The notes: generated by a model from the sequence alone, not told the origin. DNA of 64,000 nucleotides from Monocercomonoides exilis PA203 (GCA_001643675.2 LSRY02000008.1:1898415-1962414); one strand, 5' to 3'; shown: positions 1 to 14,200, counted from the stretch's first letter. Made by a program: numbers and translations.

Positions 1-847
1 GTTAGCCGATGAAAAAAGATTGTTTCCATCATAAAAATGCACATCATGGCCATATGGAGTGGAATTACTGCAACTGCAATCATGGAAGAAGAAGAAATAG
101 CAATAAATGTTGTTGCTTGGAGCTATTTGTTGGTTTGGATCAAATCTCATTCCTCCGCCATATGATAATGCGCTGCACGAAATAAACTGGAGGCTCCTCA
201 TTTTGAATGCAGCTGGAACATTGAAACAGCACATCCCTCCGCCACTAGTGCTTGAAAGTGAGCACGAAGTGAATAAACATTCAAACACACAAGCACTCTC
301 CCCTTTGTCGTTTTCTGTTCCAATACAGGAAGATCCAGAAACATTAAAAGTTTGAAGATAAAGGCCTCCTCCATAACCACTTGCTTTGCATTTCTGAAAT
401 TCGCACCCACTGATCCTGACGCATGACGAAATCGAATAAATGTCAATTCCTCCGCCTTCGTAGTTCTGAGCTGTGCAAGCGTTGAACGAAGTATTCTCGA
501 CCGTAATGGAACATATTTCATATGCTGTTATTGCTCCTCCGCCATAATACGCGTAGCAGTCGTTGAACGAGCAATGCTTTTACAGAAAGTGTTCCCGATG
601 AAAGACCGTATATATTGATTGCTCCTCCATTTGAAGCTCTGTCTTCATATTCATCATTTTCTCCAGTAGTTTTTGAGCCATTCCACACACACCAAGTGAA
701 CGAATTCGCCCCATCATCTGATATCTGCTGTCTCGCTGGTTTCGATGGATTCCCCTCACTCCCGCTGACTGCAACATTCTGAGAGCGATAGCATCCGACA
801 AATGAGGTGTTCGAGGCAGCCGAGGAAGATGAAGGGTTGTTAAGCAA
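1..847 (-). pseudogene. Truncated N-terminal cassette of the Cys/Gly/Ser-rich beta-helix surface protein family (copy A', runs off the window start)
   Basis: Reverse-complement copy of 9960-10805; ORF 518..847 reads LNNPSSSSAASNTSF...GANSFTWCVWNGSKTTG. A 1-nt extra base near 578 breaks the frame relative to copy A. Confidence 0.85.
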
Positions 848-3299
848 AGGCAGAAGATTTTATAAAAGGAAATTGACTGAAGATGAAGAATCTTATTGCT
901 TATCTGAGACGTTAGAAAAGACAAAAAGAGAGCGTGACGCAAGGGATATGACGAGCAATGGAAGAATGGGGCTGAAGAAATGCAAAAAGAAGAGAAATGC
1001 GACTTTTCCTTCGAAAGCACTTTCTCCTCCTCTTTTATTTTTATCATTGCTGTTGAAAGGATTGTCATTTTTGTCAAGATTTTATTGTTGAAAAAAATAA
1101 TAAGACAGTTGGTTCAATTGAAAGGCATTGTCAGCACTTGTCAAATAATTTTTTTAATTCAAAGAGAAATTGAGAGTTTCAAAAGCTAAATGCCAACGGC
1201 CAAAATGCGCATAAACTTTTCTTGAAAGACTCGTTTTGGAATCAAATTTATTGTTTTGCTTTTATTTTATTTATTGAATATGAAAGTGAATGATATGATG
1301 ATGTTTTCAAATGGGACGAAATTTTTGCTTTATGAATTTTGTTCCACTCATTTCTTTCAAAGATTTTTCTCCACTTTTTATATTTCTCATTCAATAGAGC
1401 ACAGTAATGTCAGTTTTATGATTATACGATTGCAAAAATTTTGGAACAAATCATTGAATTTTTCATAAATGTAAGAATTCTGTCCCAAATGGTGAAAATT
1501 CTATTTTGTTCTTTTCTTTTTGTTTTTATCCAAATATTTGAAATAAGTATTGATTGAATGTTTGCAGCAAATCGAAATGAATAATTTTCATTGATTCGTT
1601 TCATTTTCACTTGATATTTTTTAAAAATACATTTATTTATAAAAATTTATTATTATTTTATATTCAATATTTCCATAAAAAAATCATAACTTTGAACAAA
1701 TTTGTCTTTTGCTTTTATTTATTTTCGAAAAAGATAGTTATTTAAATAGCAACAGAACGTTTGTAACACTTGGCCAGAATATCATTTCTTCAAACAAATC
1801 TTTTTTTTTCACAATATTCAAACACTCATAAGTTCGCAGATGAGCCTTTTCACCGTTTATTATTCAGAAGAAATACAAATGAATTATTTTCATTAAAAAA
1901 TGTTCTTATAACATTCGGTTTGTCGAATGAATGTTTCAAACAAAATAGGATTCGATATTCAATTTCTTTTCTCTTAAAATCAAAGATAATTTGAAATTTG
2001 ATTTTCTCGTAAATTAGCAGATTCTTTTTTTCAACAAAATTCTCTTGACCCTTCACATGATAAAACTGTTATTGTCCATGTTGATGATATATTTATTCAG
2101 AATTGATTTCTCACCTCTTATCTTATCTTGTCTTGTCTTGTCTTGTTTATTTATTCAGTAATTTGATAGTCAAAAATCCAGTCTCATTCAAATAATCATT
2201 TATCATTGTTTTCATTATCGTTTGTTGATTTGAGATTTGGGTGATTCCTTTGTGGCATCACACTATTTCTATCATAAGAATTCATTTCGATAAATCAATT
2301 TGAAGATCATGAAGATGAAACCAAGCAGAACTATTGATGAGTTTCTATTTGTTTTCAGATTGTTGTCTTTCAGTTATTTTCAATGATTCAATAATTGATG
2401 ATTTCAATCCACTGAACAATTCATTGCAATCTGTTTGACCCAATGATCGAATGTTGGTTATTATTGGAGAACAGAATTATCATTTTTGATTTCAAAAACA
2501 CTCACCCAATTTCAAATGTTAATGTCAAAGTCCAATTTCATTTTGACATTTGTTTTGAAATTTGATGAGAATCATCAACTATTTTGTATTCTTGTTTGCA
2601 CCATGTTTCAACAGTATTTTTTTTCCTTTATGAATGAATTGAAACATCTTTAAACAAAAAATAAAATATTCTCAAAATGTTTTCTTGTGTGATCATTAAT
2701 AATTATCTTCAAATCATCAAAATCGAGAACTGTTTTCATTCATTTGTTTGAGTATTGATATCTTGAAAAACTGAATTGAGATAATGATCAACATCATTTT
2801 CGAATTACACTTTCATTTTATTTTTTACAATGCAAAACAAAATTCATTAATATGTGTTTCTAGGCCTTTGCGACAAGGAAATATTTAGCGAATTGTGTCG
2901 GTCGAAAAAAAAGTTTTTTTTTTTTTTTTTTTTTTTTTTTTCTGAAATTAGCTATTTGAAATGTATTTTTAACAGTTTTCGCTTTTAACTTTTGAAGTTG
3001 CAAAATTTTTCTTTTGCAAATTATTTTAACACACATTTCATGCGCAAGAAGTTAAGTTTTGATTTTTCAAGAACTCATTTTTCAGTGAAATGCAATCAAA
3101 TAATCTCAAAATACTTATTAATTCAGTTAAAAAATACAGATATTATCAGTGCAAGGTATTGCAATAACTCATAAAAATCACATTCAAACACAAGACAAAT
3201 ATTATTATCAAATGCAAAAACAATAATTTGATTTTAAATAACTTTCAGATTCAGCTGGAATTTTCAAAAATATGTAAAACAAGCAAAATAAAGCTGTGT

Positions 3300-6025
3300 T
3301 GTCAATATTCATTTCATGAAGTCTTTTTTTGTCCTTCAGCATCATTTAATGACCTATCTTTTCCACTTTAAATCGACTGAAGCAAGAGGCCAACAATGAA
3401 ACTAAATATGTGAACGATAGAGGAAATCTGATTTTGAGCGGCTGTTGTTGGATTGATGTTAAGCTGTTGTTTTTAAAAATAGGAAGAACATGTGGAATGC
3501 ATTATCGTTGGATTTTTATAAGTTGCAAGAAAGAATGTTGGAACAATAAACGGAAGTTCTTGCTTCAACAATTTGTCCTTGTTTAAAAAAAACGAAGGAA
3601 CAAAAGATGTAAATTGAAACGGGTTCCGTTCGCAAGGAGAAAATCAGAACAGGATTCCTGCGGTCTTTTGAGAATAGTGGAATTGTTCAAAGCGGCTCAA
3701 TTGTTTCATATTACGTTATATTTCCATTTCCTGTGCAAATAGTCAGCAAAAGAAAAAATTGTGTGAGAGATGGAGCACTGTGAATGGAAATGAAGGTATC
3801 AGATTCAATGATTCATCTGAGGATGGGAGAGATGAGCGTTCATAAGAGCGAGGAGAAAGCGGAGCATTGGTATCACTTGAATTGAGAAAAGAATATTAAC
3901 ACTAAATGCTGTTTCGAGAAGCTGATGTTCTGTTTGTCCTTCCAATTCGTGTTTCCAATTGAGACAATTCTTTAGCCAGGTTACCTTCTCTGCTGCATGG
4001 GAAAAAATGCATCTCGAACAGAACAATATATCCTCCTTTTTCCTTCAGTCGAGTTCCAATGCCTGTCAGCATCTGTAACTGGATAGCAAAGCAAAATCTT
4101 TTTTGGCCTTTTATTAAGAACGTGAAAATGGTGTTTTGAGAGAAAAATGAGTGCGGAAAAAAGCATGTTGCGAAGCATCTTGATTCTCTTTCGAATACAG
4201 ATTGGAATGTGCTTGTATTCACTTGATCTTTATTTGTTTTGAATGCTGAGAAGATGGAAGCGAGCCACATTTCAATGGTGCGGATGAAAGTACAGAAGAT
4301 GAAGCAAATAAAGCATGTATCATTTTGAATGTTTTGGAAATTCAATTTTGTTTGTCAGAAGTGACAAAACAACAACTGTCCAGGATGTTTCAAAAATCGA
4401 AAATATTCCATTTATCAAATAAAGAGAATTGAGTTCGTCAGGTTGGAAATTTTATTTTTTCTGCCTTTTTTGATCTTTTCATACTGAAGAATGTTCTTGG
4501 CCTTTCCCGCTGAGAAATGAATCACTTGCACAGTCTTTGGAACTTCTTTCTCTTCGTATATCTCATTTTCTTCCGCTCCTCCTTCTCCGTTCAGTATCCA
4601 CAAAAATTCTTGAATTTCCAAATCCATCTGTTTTTATATACTCATTCTTTCTTTCTCTTTCTCTCTTTCTCTTTCTTCTTTTCTTTTTCTTTCTCCATAT
4701 AAATTCATCTTTTTTTCCATCTTCAGCTATTTCTTGAATAAGATGTTTTTATATAATTTATACAGATAAATCTGCTGTTCTCATCAATAATTCCATCGCC
4801 ATCTTTTGACTCATTAGCTTTTCTATCTTTTTTGCTTGCTATGTTTTTATAAAACACAACCACTTCAAGAGTGTTGATTGAAGTTGACTTCACATTAAAT
4901 TCGTCAGATGTTTTGTTCAAACGCTGTATCTCTTCCATTTCGATAATAGTACAAATGGCTAAAGAATGAACATGTATCATTAATTTTATTCGTTTGGATA
5001 GACATTAACATGAAAATGTGAGCTGATTTGAATTAGGAAAGAAGAAGATGAAGATGAAGATTTCGATTCAGAATCAGTATTTATTATATCCGCCTTCGAG
5101 TTTCTGTTGAGATGTTATTTGACTCAGAAACGAGCGGAATTCTGACACTTCTGTTACCATATCCTTCTATATGTTGAACGTCAGTCAACAATCGATGAAT
5201 TACTCCACTTCACTCAGCAACAGTTTGTTTTCTCTTGTTGGCTGCAATAACGAATAAGTTGCAATCGCCTCAGATACTGCAGAAAGAAGAGAATGAATCG
5301 CAGCGTCAAACAGCATCTCGTGAATAATCTGCGAAGGCTACGAATAGGCAATCGTCAATATGGACTTTGCGAGCATGAGTTTATCGAAGAAATGCTCCAG
5401 GAGCTTTCCATATTCATTAATGCATCTTTTTATCCATTGTTCATTGCCTTTGCTTCTCAGCCAGTTTGGCAGCACACCCTTGGACTCCTGAATCAGCCTT
5501 TGCATCTTTATATTTGAATTCTTCGGTTCTAAACACTTCCAGTTTTCAGCTCAAATGATATTCATTTCTACGCATAGAAGAATGCATTTTGCAATATCGT
5601 ATAATCCAGCATTGATTCCACGAATCGAAAGAACCAAGATGACGAGTGAGGAGCTAGGATCTCTGCTCCCATTGTGGCAGACATATCAGATCGAAATTGT
5701 GTAGAAAACCGACTATGAAAATCTCAGTTCCAAACTTTGCTCGTATAAATCCGGGGTAAATCGATGAATGAAAAGAAAAAGAAGAAGAACATTGTTCAAA
5801 CAAAGCTAAATGAGACAACGTTGGGCAAATTTTCGCAGGCAGAGTCAATGTATTGTTAGGCTTTGCATCTATGTGCATGAATCCCTTGCTATGCGCTCGT
5901 GAAATGGCCAATGCAAAACAGCGATATTTGTTTTGCGATGACGCTATCATTAGCCTGAGTTCACCTTCCTCTACCCTGAAAACCTCTTGAAGCGTAAGTG
6001 TGTGGACTTCCTGGTTGTCTATCAA
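3300..6025 (-). pseudogene. Decayed coding region inside the hAT-like element, possibly a transposase remnant
   Basis: GC-richer, broken minus-strand ORFs (5654..6025, 4723..4980, 4415..4627, 3902..4345, 3981..4178). Fragments such as SAHIFMLM (~5000-5025) and RHWNST (~4050) faintly recall the hAT CxxHxLxL and TRWNS motifs. Boundaries are approximate. Confidence 0.35.
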
Positions 6026-6428
6026 ATGATTTCAATGATATAAATTTTCAATACAACATTTTCTTCTTTTCTTTCTTTTTTTTTGAAAACGTAAGCTTTT
6101 TTTCCTTCAAAAAATCTTTCGTATCTTTTTTTATCTTTTCATTTTTATTTAGTTATGATTGAATTCTGTTCTTCTCATAAGTATCCCTCATTCCTTTGAT
6201 ATCATTTTGAATGTTTCATATTTCATCTTGAAATAGCAATTATTGTGCACACAATTTCACGAATAATTTCAAATTTCCTTCAGTATCACAAACAACTCTG
6301 TCAAACTTCTTTCTTTATTAATAGTATTTAATTATAAAAAAAATGAACTTCATCAAACCTATTACGCATGTCAACCTTTTGTTTTCAAAATTTAAATGTT
6401 TATTTTCAAAACTGATATATTTTATTAT

Positions 6429-7443
6429 TAGGGTGCATATTTTATCTTGACCTCAATTTATTATCTCAACCCTATTTTTTTAAAACTTATTTTTGCTTTT
6501 TTGATTTATGAAAAGGCTTAAAACAAAAACAAAATTAATAGACTTCTTGATATTTATGATTTTCAGAATTCTGTAGAAAAAAAAATTGATATTTTTATGT
6601 ACCAAATAATATTTTAAATTTTTTTTATTTTAGGACCCAGATCAAAGACTTGCTGGCTGTGAAACGAATATTTCATACTGAACGTTTTAAGCAATAGCAT
6701 CACAATTCTTCACTCCTATATTATTATTTTGACTTGTTTTTAACTTTTTCAATTTAATTTTTGACCTTTTTTTCTCATTTCACTGTTTTTGCTTAAAACA
6801 CGATTTTTTTAATAAACAAGTGTTTGTGTCAAATTTTATTTAAATGAAAAAAATATTCAAAATCTTATTTATTGTTTATTTGCATTAAGCATTGAAATGA
6901 AAAGGAACTTTTCAAGAATTTGAACTGAAAAGCATGTGTATATCATTTTTTTGTGTTTCAAATTACCAAACATATACAAATAATTTATCATTTAAATAAA
7001 CAAGAATCTTTTTATTATAATAATGTTTATTTATCATTTCAATAAATTACAAAACAAATTCATATTTGTCCTTTAAATCGTGTTTTTTGAAAAAATGTGT
7101 GAAATGAGAAAAAGTGTTAAAAAAACAAGTTGAGAAAGTTTAAAACAAGTTCAACTTATAAAAAATAAACGATGTATTATGATATGAAAACTTAAAACTT
7201 CCGATAAAAAATATTCGCTGGAAAAGCAGCAAGTAATTGATCAGAACATAAAATTATTATAATCCTCGATCTTATTTAAAAAAAAGAAATATTGAAAAAA
7301 AAAATACAGAATAAGGAAATAAAAACATTTCAAACATTTCTGGTTATTTTTTATTTATCACAAGCTTGTGTATAGCTGAAAGCATAACAAAAAAGAAAAT
7401 TGTCAAGATAAAGAAAAAAGGTCAAGATAAAATTACAGCCCTA
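6429..7443. mobile_element. Old ~1-kb non-autonomous fold-back/MITE-like element with long diverged TIRs, nested in the hAT-like element
   Basis: Termini TAGGGTGCATATTTTATCTTGACC (6429) and GGTCAAGATAAAATTACAGCCCTA (ends 7443) are imperfect inverted repeats. Internally, 6640-6806 aligns by eye to the reverse complement of 7075-7242. No clean TSD. Confidence 0.65.
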
Positions 7444-7681
7444 TGGAATATTTTCTTAAACTATTTTCAAAAATAATAACATCAACAACGCATATATCTG
7501 AAAGCAGATAAAGTGTTTAACGAAATGTGATTTTGGACTAATAATAATATATGCAAAACAGACAATCTCTTCATTTACGTAAAATTCTTTAAATTTTCCA
7601 ATCATTAAATGATATTATAAATTAAAAAGATATCATTGTCTGTTTCTGAAATGAAGTGACATTTTCAAAAAAGAAGATGCA

Positions 7682-7760
7682 TTCGACAAAGTGATCTCGA
7701 CCGACTGATCTTTCTACCGACTGATCTTTCGACAGACTGATCTCGACAAAGATCTGTCGA
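7682..7760 (+). repeat. Subterminal tandem motif array (about TCGACnGACTGATCT) of the hAT-like element
   Basis: About 5 CpG-containing units in an otherwise very AT-rich region. Related GTCGGTC/TGTCG motifs occur next to both TIRs (2895-2905, 7940-7990). Confidence 0.65.
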
Positions 7761-9959
7761 TAACCCATTAAAAAATGCAATTTTTGTAATTATTCGAAAA
7801 AAAATGAAATATTAAATAATGTTGTTAATTATCAAATGCAATAAGAAATATATTTTTGAAAAAAACGAGCAGAATATAATTCAAAAAAAGTTATATAAAA
7901 ATATATTTTTTCGAATAAAATAAAATAGAAATATTTGTGACTGTCTTGTCGGTCGACTTGTCGAGCAGAGAAAAAAAAGTCGGTCTGTCGCAAAGGCCTA
8001 TGTGTTTCATTGTATTTGAGTGATAATAAACAATAAAAACTCGAAAAAAAAATACTCCAAAAAAACAAGTGATCAATTAAGATGATTTTAATATAATTCC
8101 AAATGATCCTTCAAGAAAATATTTAAAAGAATTTTTCATTTTTTCGAAAAAGATGTTTCAGTTCATTCAAAAAGATAAATAAATTGTTGAATCATTGTAC
8201 AAAAAAAAATGAAAAATGGTCCGTGAACAACCTCAAATTTCAAAACAAATGTCAAAATGAATTGGATTTTGAGATTAACTCTTGAAAATGGGTGAGTGTT
8301 TTTGAAATCAAAAATGATAATTCTGTTCTCCAATAATAACCAACATTCGATCATTGGGTCAAACAGATTGCAATGAATTGTTCAGTGGATTGAAATCATC
8401 AATTATTGAATCATTGAAAATAACTGAAAGACAACAATCTGAAAACAAATAGAAACTCATCAATAGTTCTGCTTGGTTTCATCTTCATGATCTTCAAATT
8501 GATTTATCGAAATGAATTCTTATGATAGAAATAGTGTGATGCCACAAAGGAATCACCCAAATCTCAAATCAACAAACGATAATGAAAACAATGATAAATG
8601 ATTATTTGAATGAGACTGGATTTTTGACTATCAAATTACTGAATAAATAAACAAGACAAGACAAGACAAGATAAGATAAGAGGTGAGAAATCAATTCTGA
8701 ATAAATATATCATCAACATGGACAATAACAGTTTTATCATGTGAAGGGTCAAGAGAATTTTGTTGAAAAAAAGAATCTGCTAATTTACGAGAAAATCAAA
8801 TTTCAAATTATCTTTGATTTTAAGAGAAAAGAAATTGAATATCGAATCCTATTTTGTTTGAAACATTCATTCGACAAACCGAATGTTATAAGAACATTTT
8901 TTAATGAAAATAATTCATTTGTATTTCTTCTGAATAATAAACGGTGAAAAGGCTCATCTGCGAACTTATGAGTGTTTGAATATTGTGAAAAAAAAAGATT
9001 TGTTTGAAGAAATGATATTCTGGCCAAGTGTTACAAACGTTCTGTTGCTATTTAAATAACTATCTTTTTCGAAAATAAATAAAAGCAAAAGACAAATTTG
9101 TTCAAAGTTATGATTTTTTTTATGGAAATATTGAATATAAAATAATAATAAATTTTTATAAATAAATGTATTTTTTAAAAAATATCAAGTGAAAATGAAA
9201 CGAATCAATGAAAATTATTCATTTCGATTTGCTGCAAACATTCAATCAATACTTATTTCAAATATTTGGATAAAAACAAAAAAGAAAAGAACAAAATAGA
9301 ATTTTCACCATTTGGGACAGAATTCTTACATTTATGAAAAATTCAATGATTTGTTCCAAAATTTTTTGCAATCGTATAATCATAAAACTGACATTACTGT
9401 GCTCTATTGAATGAGAAATATAAAAAAGTGGAGAAAAATCTTTGAAAGAAATGAGTGGAACAAAATTCATAAAGCAAAAAATTTCGTCCCATTTGAAAAC
9501 ATCATCATATCATTCACTTTCATATTCAATAAATAAAATAAAAGCAAAACAATAAATTTGATTCCAAAACGAGTCTTTCAAGAAAAGTTTATGCGCATTT
9601 TGGCCGTTGGCATTTAGCTTTTGAAACTCTCAATTTCTCTTTGAATTAAAAAAAAATTATTTGACAAGTGCTGACAATGCCTTTCAATTGAACCAACTGT
9701 CTTATTATTTTTTTTCAACAATAAAATCTTGACAAAAATGACAATCCTTTCAACAGCAATGATAAAAATAAAAAGAGGAGGAGAAAGTGCTTTCGAAGGA
9801 AAAGTCGCATTTCTCTTCTTTTTGCATTTCTTCAGCCCCATTCTTCCATTGCTCGTCATATCCCTTGCGTCACGCTCTCTTTTTGTCTTTTCTAACGTCT
9901 CAGATAAGCAATAAGATTCTTCATCTTCAGTCAATTTCCTTTTATAAAATCTTCTGCCT

Positions 9960-11234
9960 TTGCTTAACAACCCTTCATCTTCCTCGGCTGCCTCGAACAC
10001 CTCATTTGTCGGATGCTATCGCTCTCAGAATGTTGCAGTCAGCGGGAGTGAGGGGAATCCATCGAAACCAGCGAGACAGCAGATATCAGATGATGGGGCG
10101 AATTCGTTCACTTGGTGTGTGTGGAATGGCTCAAAAACTACTGGAGAAAATGATGAATATGAAGACAGAGCTTCAAATGGAGGGGCAATCAATATATACG
10201 GTCTTTCATCGGGAACACTTTCTGTAAAACATTGCTCGTTCAACGACTGCTACGCGTATTATGGCGGAGGAGCAATAACAGCATATGAAATATGTTCCAT
10301 TACGGTCGAGAATACTTCGTTCAACGCTTGCACAGCTCAGAACTACGAAGGCGGAGGAATTGACATTTATTCGATTTCGTCATGCGTCAGGATCAGTGGG
10401 TGCGAATTTCAGAAATGCAAAGCAAGTGGTTATGGAGGAGGCCTTTATCTTCAAACTTTTAATGTTTCTGGATCTTCCTGTATTGGAACAGAAAACGACA
10501 AAGGGGAGAGTGCTTGTGTGTTTGAATGTTTATTCACTTCGTGCTCACTTTCAAGCACTAGTGGCGGAGGGATGTGCTGTTTCAATGTTCCAGCTGCATT
10601 CAAAATGAGGAGCCTCCAGTTTATTTCGTGCAGCGCATTATCATATGGCGGAGGAATGAGATTTGATCCAAACCAACAAATAGCTCCAAGCAACAACATT
10701 TATTGCTATTTCTTCTTCTTCCATGATTGCAGTTGCAGTAATTCCACTCCATATGGCCATGATGTGCATTTTTATGATGGAAACAATCTTTTTTCATCGG
10801 CTAACCCATTCTACGAATCGTACACAACGAATAGCAATGATACGAGAGTGTACTACCAATATTATAACGGAAACAATTGGGTGTATCAGCATACAGAAAA
10901 GAAGGATTGGCTGAAGGACAAAACGATTTATGTTGGAGTGAGTGGAGATGACGCAAACAATCTGTGTGGGATGAGTGAGGCAGCACCTTGCAAGACAGTG
11001 GGGCATGCAGTGGGGTCGAGCATGGCGCAGCTGAGCTCCACAATCACGTTGCTGGGTGGGAGGCATGTGAGCGAAGGGGCGACGATCAGTGTTGGGGAAA
11101 AGAAGATTTCTGTTGTTGGGAGAGGGAAGACAGTGAGTGTGATTGGGACGAATTCTCTTTCTTCGATTTCAACGACGCTGTTCAGTGTGTCGAGTGGGCA
11201 GTTGGAGTCGAAATATTTTTGCTGGCTGAAATAA
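9960..11234 (+). pseudogene. Truncated N-terminal cassette (copy A, 424-codon open frame) of the beta-helix surface protein family
   Basis: Collinear with aa ~205-625 of the 1997-aa ORF (GGAI/GGG and FxxC repeats, YVGVSGDDANNLCG...PCKTV). It has no ATG or signal peptide, its 5' part (9790-9960) is frameshifted, and it is cut after VSSGQLE. Confidence 0.85.
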
Positions 11235-14200
11235 CGGCAAATCCCAGATCTGAAGGAGAGCATCCAATAAAATCATCCGTATTTGCGCTGGCGCTGCCAC
11301 AGCCGCCAGAACTGCCGTTGAGATGAAAAAACAAAATTTTGCTGCATCCCTCGTCACCACACTGCACCCCTCCCAATCGCAGTTTTCATTGCTCCTATCG
11401 CATCCCCCGCCGTTTTGGCCCACACAGGAACCCCGATCATCGAAAAATTCTTCTGTTGCAAAACATCCCCAGCTGCGCCCTGCTGAGAAATAAAATACGG
11501 AAAAAAAGACACAAAAAAGGTGCAACACATCAACAGCTCCCTCGAGAGGCAAACAAAATGGCACACCTCCACCACCCTGGCTGAAAAGATAACATTCTGA
11601 AAAGAAACAACGCCACCCACCGACACCAAGCTGCCCCACAAGCCCACTCATACCGCCAACTCACAACACATTTCCAGCACAGCACATAGAAAGAGGCATC
11701 GCAAACATGCTCCATGCACAGGCACAGCCATCTGGCCGATAAATCGCTGCCCCATTTCCCAGTCAGCCCAGAGGCTCATCACCAGTACCACCTCAAGGAT
11801 CGAGTTGCACCCCTCAGAGGGTGCCATGCGCCGTGTCCACTCCAAGTTGCAAAACTTCTCTCAACACGCTTTCCGCTTTTTCTGTTTTCATTTGATCTGA
11901 TTGCATAAACCAATTCCTTATTCTATTTGAGAAAAAATATTTTTTTTTTGTAATTGTAAATATATTTTTATTATTATTTATAAAAAAGAAAAATGCCATT
12001 CCCCCTGGTTTCTGTGTGTCCAGACTCCTCCAAATCCAATTTCTCAGCCATTTCTAAAGAATTCATTTGCGCTGGCTCCTTTCCAAAGACAATCATGTGT
12101 GTTGATTCCCTTATATTTTTTCACACAAGGGAATGCCACACAAACAGACAGATAAAAATATGTTTTGAGTGGAACTGAGCGAAAAAGAAATCAACGATGT
12201 GAATGAGAACAAAACAGAGAATAAAGTGTTTGAAATCCCTCTGAAAAATTACAATATTTTTTTTTGTGAATTTTCAAGGATATTTCCAATCCCTTCATGC
12301 TTATCACAATTCAAATGCAATCCTATCCTTCATCTTCCTTCTCTTGTTCCAACAAGCTCCACACCCTCCATATGTTCTCCATCTCCCTCTTCTTTCCTCT
12401 CCCTTCCAAAAACACAACTGCCCCTCAACCCCTCTCAACAAACACATCTGCTCCATCAGCCATATGCCCATCCAGCATCCTTTCCTCCGCTTCATCCTCA
12501 CCCCCCTCCAACAACTGCCTGCCACTCACCATCCTCTCCCATTTCTTCTGTCTGCTTTCCCCAACTTTTCTGCTCCAAAACACACAGCATCCATCACAAC
12601 CATCAACATTGCCAACAACCTTGCTGAGCGTGGAATCATCACACCCACAAACACTCCTCACCCCATTTCATTTGCCCAGCCACAACATCTTTCTCTTCAC
12701 ATTTCTTCTTCCTTCTTCCTCCTTCCTTTCCTTTCCATTCCATCTCAATCCCCTGCCTCTCTCTGCTTTTCTTCTTTCATTCTCCCTTTAAAAGACCCCT
12801 CCAAGCAGACTGCCAACTGCCCCTTCCATCACCTTCCTCTTCCTCTTCCTCTTCCTCATTGCAAAGCAGACACATCTCTATCACTCCCAACAACATCATT
12901 CCCTCTTTTTGCTCATTCACAGACACACATTCCCCAAAAAACACAAATATCAAAAGGGAATGCCAAAGGCAACACAACCTTCTCCACACACATTTCCCAA
13001 GGTTATCAATGATGAGCAGCCACACCACAAGACAAACAACAACTCATATAAAAAAATGATTAATAAATCAACTGACCCTTCTTTCTCCTCCCCTCACAAA
13101 CTGAGTTTCATCCGCCATTCCTCCTTGCTCTTTCACCTTCATTTCCCTCTGCTCCCTTCTCCCAACTCGTTCTGGACGAGACATCTCATTCCTCCATCCC
13201 CTCAAAACTCTCCTGTTTTCCCATTCTCCACAAATGCATCCTTCCCGTTTTGCCAGATGTCTTTTTGTCGAATAAAACAAACTGCAAGAACTGGTTCCAC
13301 CATTTCTATCAGGAAAAGTGTCTCACCATATCCTCAAATATATTCAAAACCATCTCTCATTCCAAATGGAACATAATTGCATTAAGACTTATGAGAAGGC
13401 TAAAGAATGTGTATCCTGCTCAAAATCCACTCAGGCACACCAACTGTCAATTCGATCCTTGTTCAGTTCAAAGAACTTCTTTGACAATCCCTCTCAAAAA
13501 AAAATCCATCCTGTCTTTCCTTCTGCTTCATGCAAGGCTTCATTCACAAACAGATTCTTAATAATTCCTCTTCTCATTTCTCGCCTTTTGCATTCTCTCT
13601 TCTTTCCATACCTTTCCATGGACTCACAACCCTGATGATCGCCAAAGTGCTCACGTGATTGGCCTTGATGACTCCAATTCAAAAACCAAGAGCTTTGTGA
13701 TATTTCCTTTCATTAACAAAAAGGAATGATAAAAAACAATCCTGCTCATTCTCATTGATATATTTTCTTGGGATCAGATGGGCTCTTCCCAACAATGTTG
13801 ATGAAGATAACAAATAGAAACAGAAGAAGAAGATGATGATAGAATGGCAGAAAAAGAGAGATATCAGGTGAAGACAAATGCCTTTCAAACACAAGAGAAT
13901 CATCTTGTTTTGTCTCTTTGGGATGTTGAGGGATGTTGATCCAATTTCCCAGATCGAGTATTGGCGAATACGAAGAAGAAGAAAAAAACGTTTGAAAACA
14001 TGGAAAGCGAAGATGATGCACAAGTGAAAAAGCGAATTTTGATAAATGAAAATAATCCATTTGTATGTGCTTTGAACTTCACAATAATATTGAAAGATGA
14101 CACCAATATGAGAAGAATAAAGCACATGATCAAAAGTGCAACAATTTTGTGACATGACCAAAACAAGATTTGGCATTGTTATTCTTTTTCTTTCACTTTT

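Larger units (their letters stand above)
2861..8000. mobile_element. hAT-like cut-and-paste DNA transposon, 5140 bp, probably non-autonomous or decayed
   Basis: Perfect 15-bp TIR TAGGCCTTTGCGACA (2861-2875) / TGTCGCAAAGGCCTA (7986-8000), flanked by the 8-bp direct repeat TGTGTTTC (2853-2860 and 8001-8008). An 8-bp TSD and TAG- termini are typical of hAT. A homologous empty site lies at ~55085-55250. Confidence 0.88.
1..10805. repeat. Inverted duplication IR1: near-identical arms 1-2508 and 8289-10805 (left arm probably extends beyond the window), with diverged similarity continuing inward
   Basis: Position 1 (gttagccgatgaaaaaag) is the reverse complement of sequence ending at 10805. Mirrored ORFs are 107..355/10451..10699, 1770..1994/8803..9027 and 1850..2056/8741..8947. 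Near-identity stops at ctcaccca 2508 / tgggtgag 8289. Confidence 0.95.

Noticed and set aside
570-585. Biologically meaningful frameshift in copy A'
   Set aside because: The sequence looks like a hybrid of two paralogue alleles (AAAAC and AAAGC giving AAAAGC), so a consensus error is likely.
3300-6025. Alternative genetic code (TAA/TAG read as Gln) to rescue the broken ORFs
   Set aside because: The interruptions include TGA and frameshifts, and the long intact ORFs in the window read cleanly under the standard code.
7682-7760. CRISPR-like array
   Set aside because: Short degenerate tandem units without unique spacers, no cas genes and a eukaryotic context; better explained as transposon subterminal repeats.
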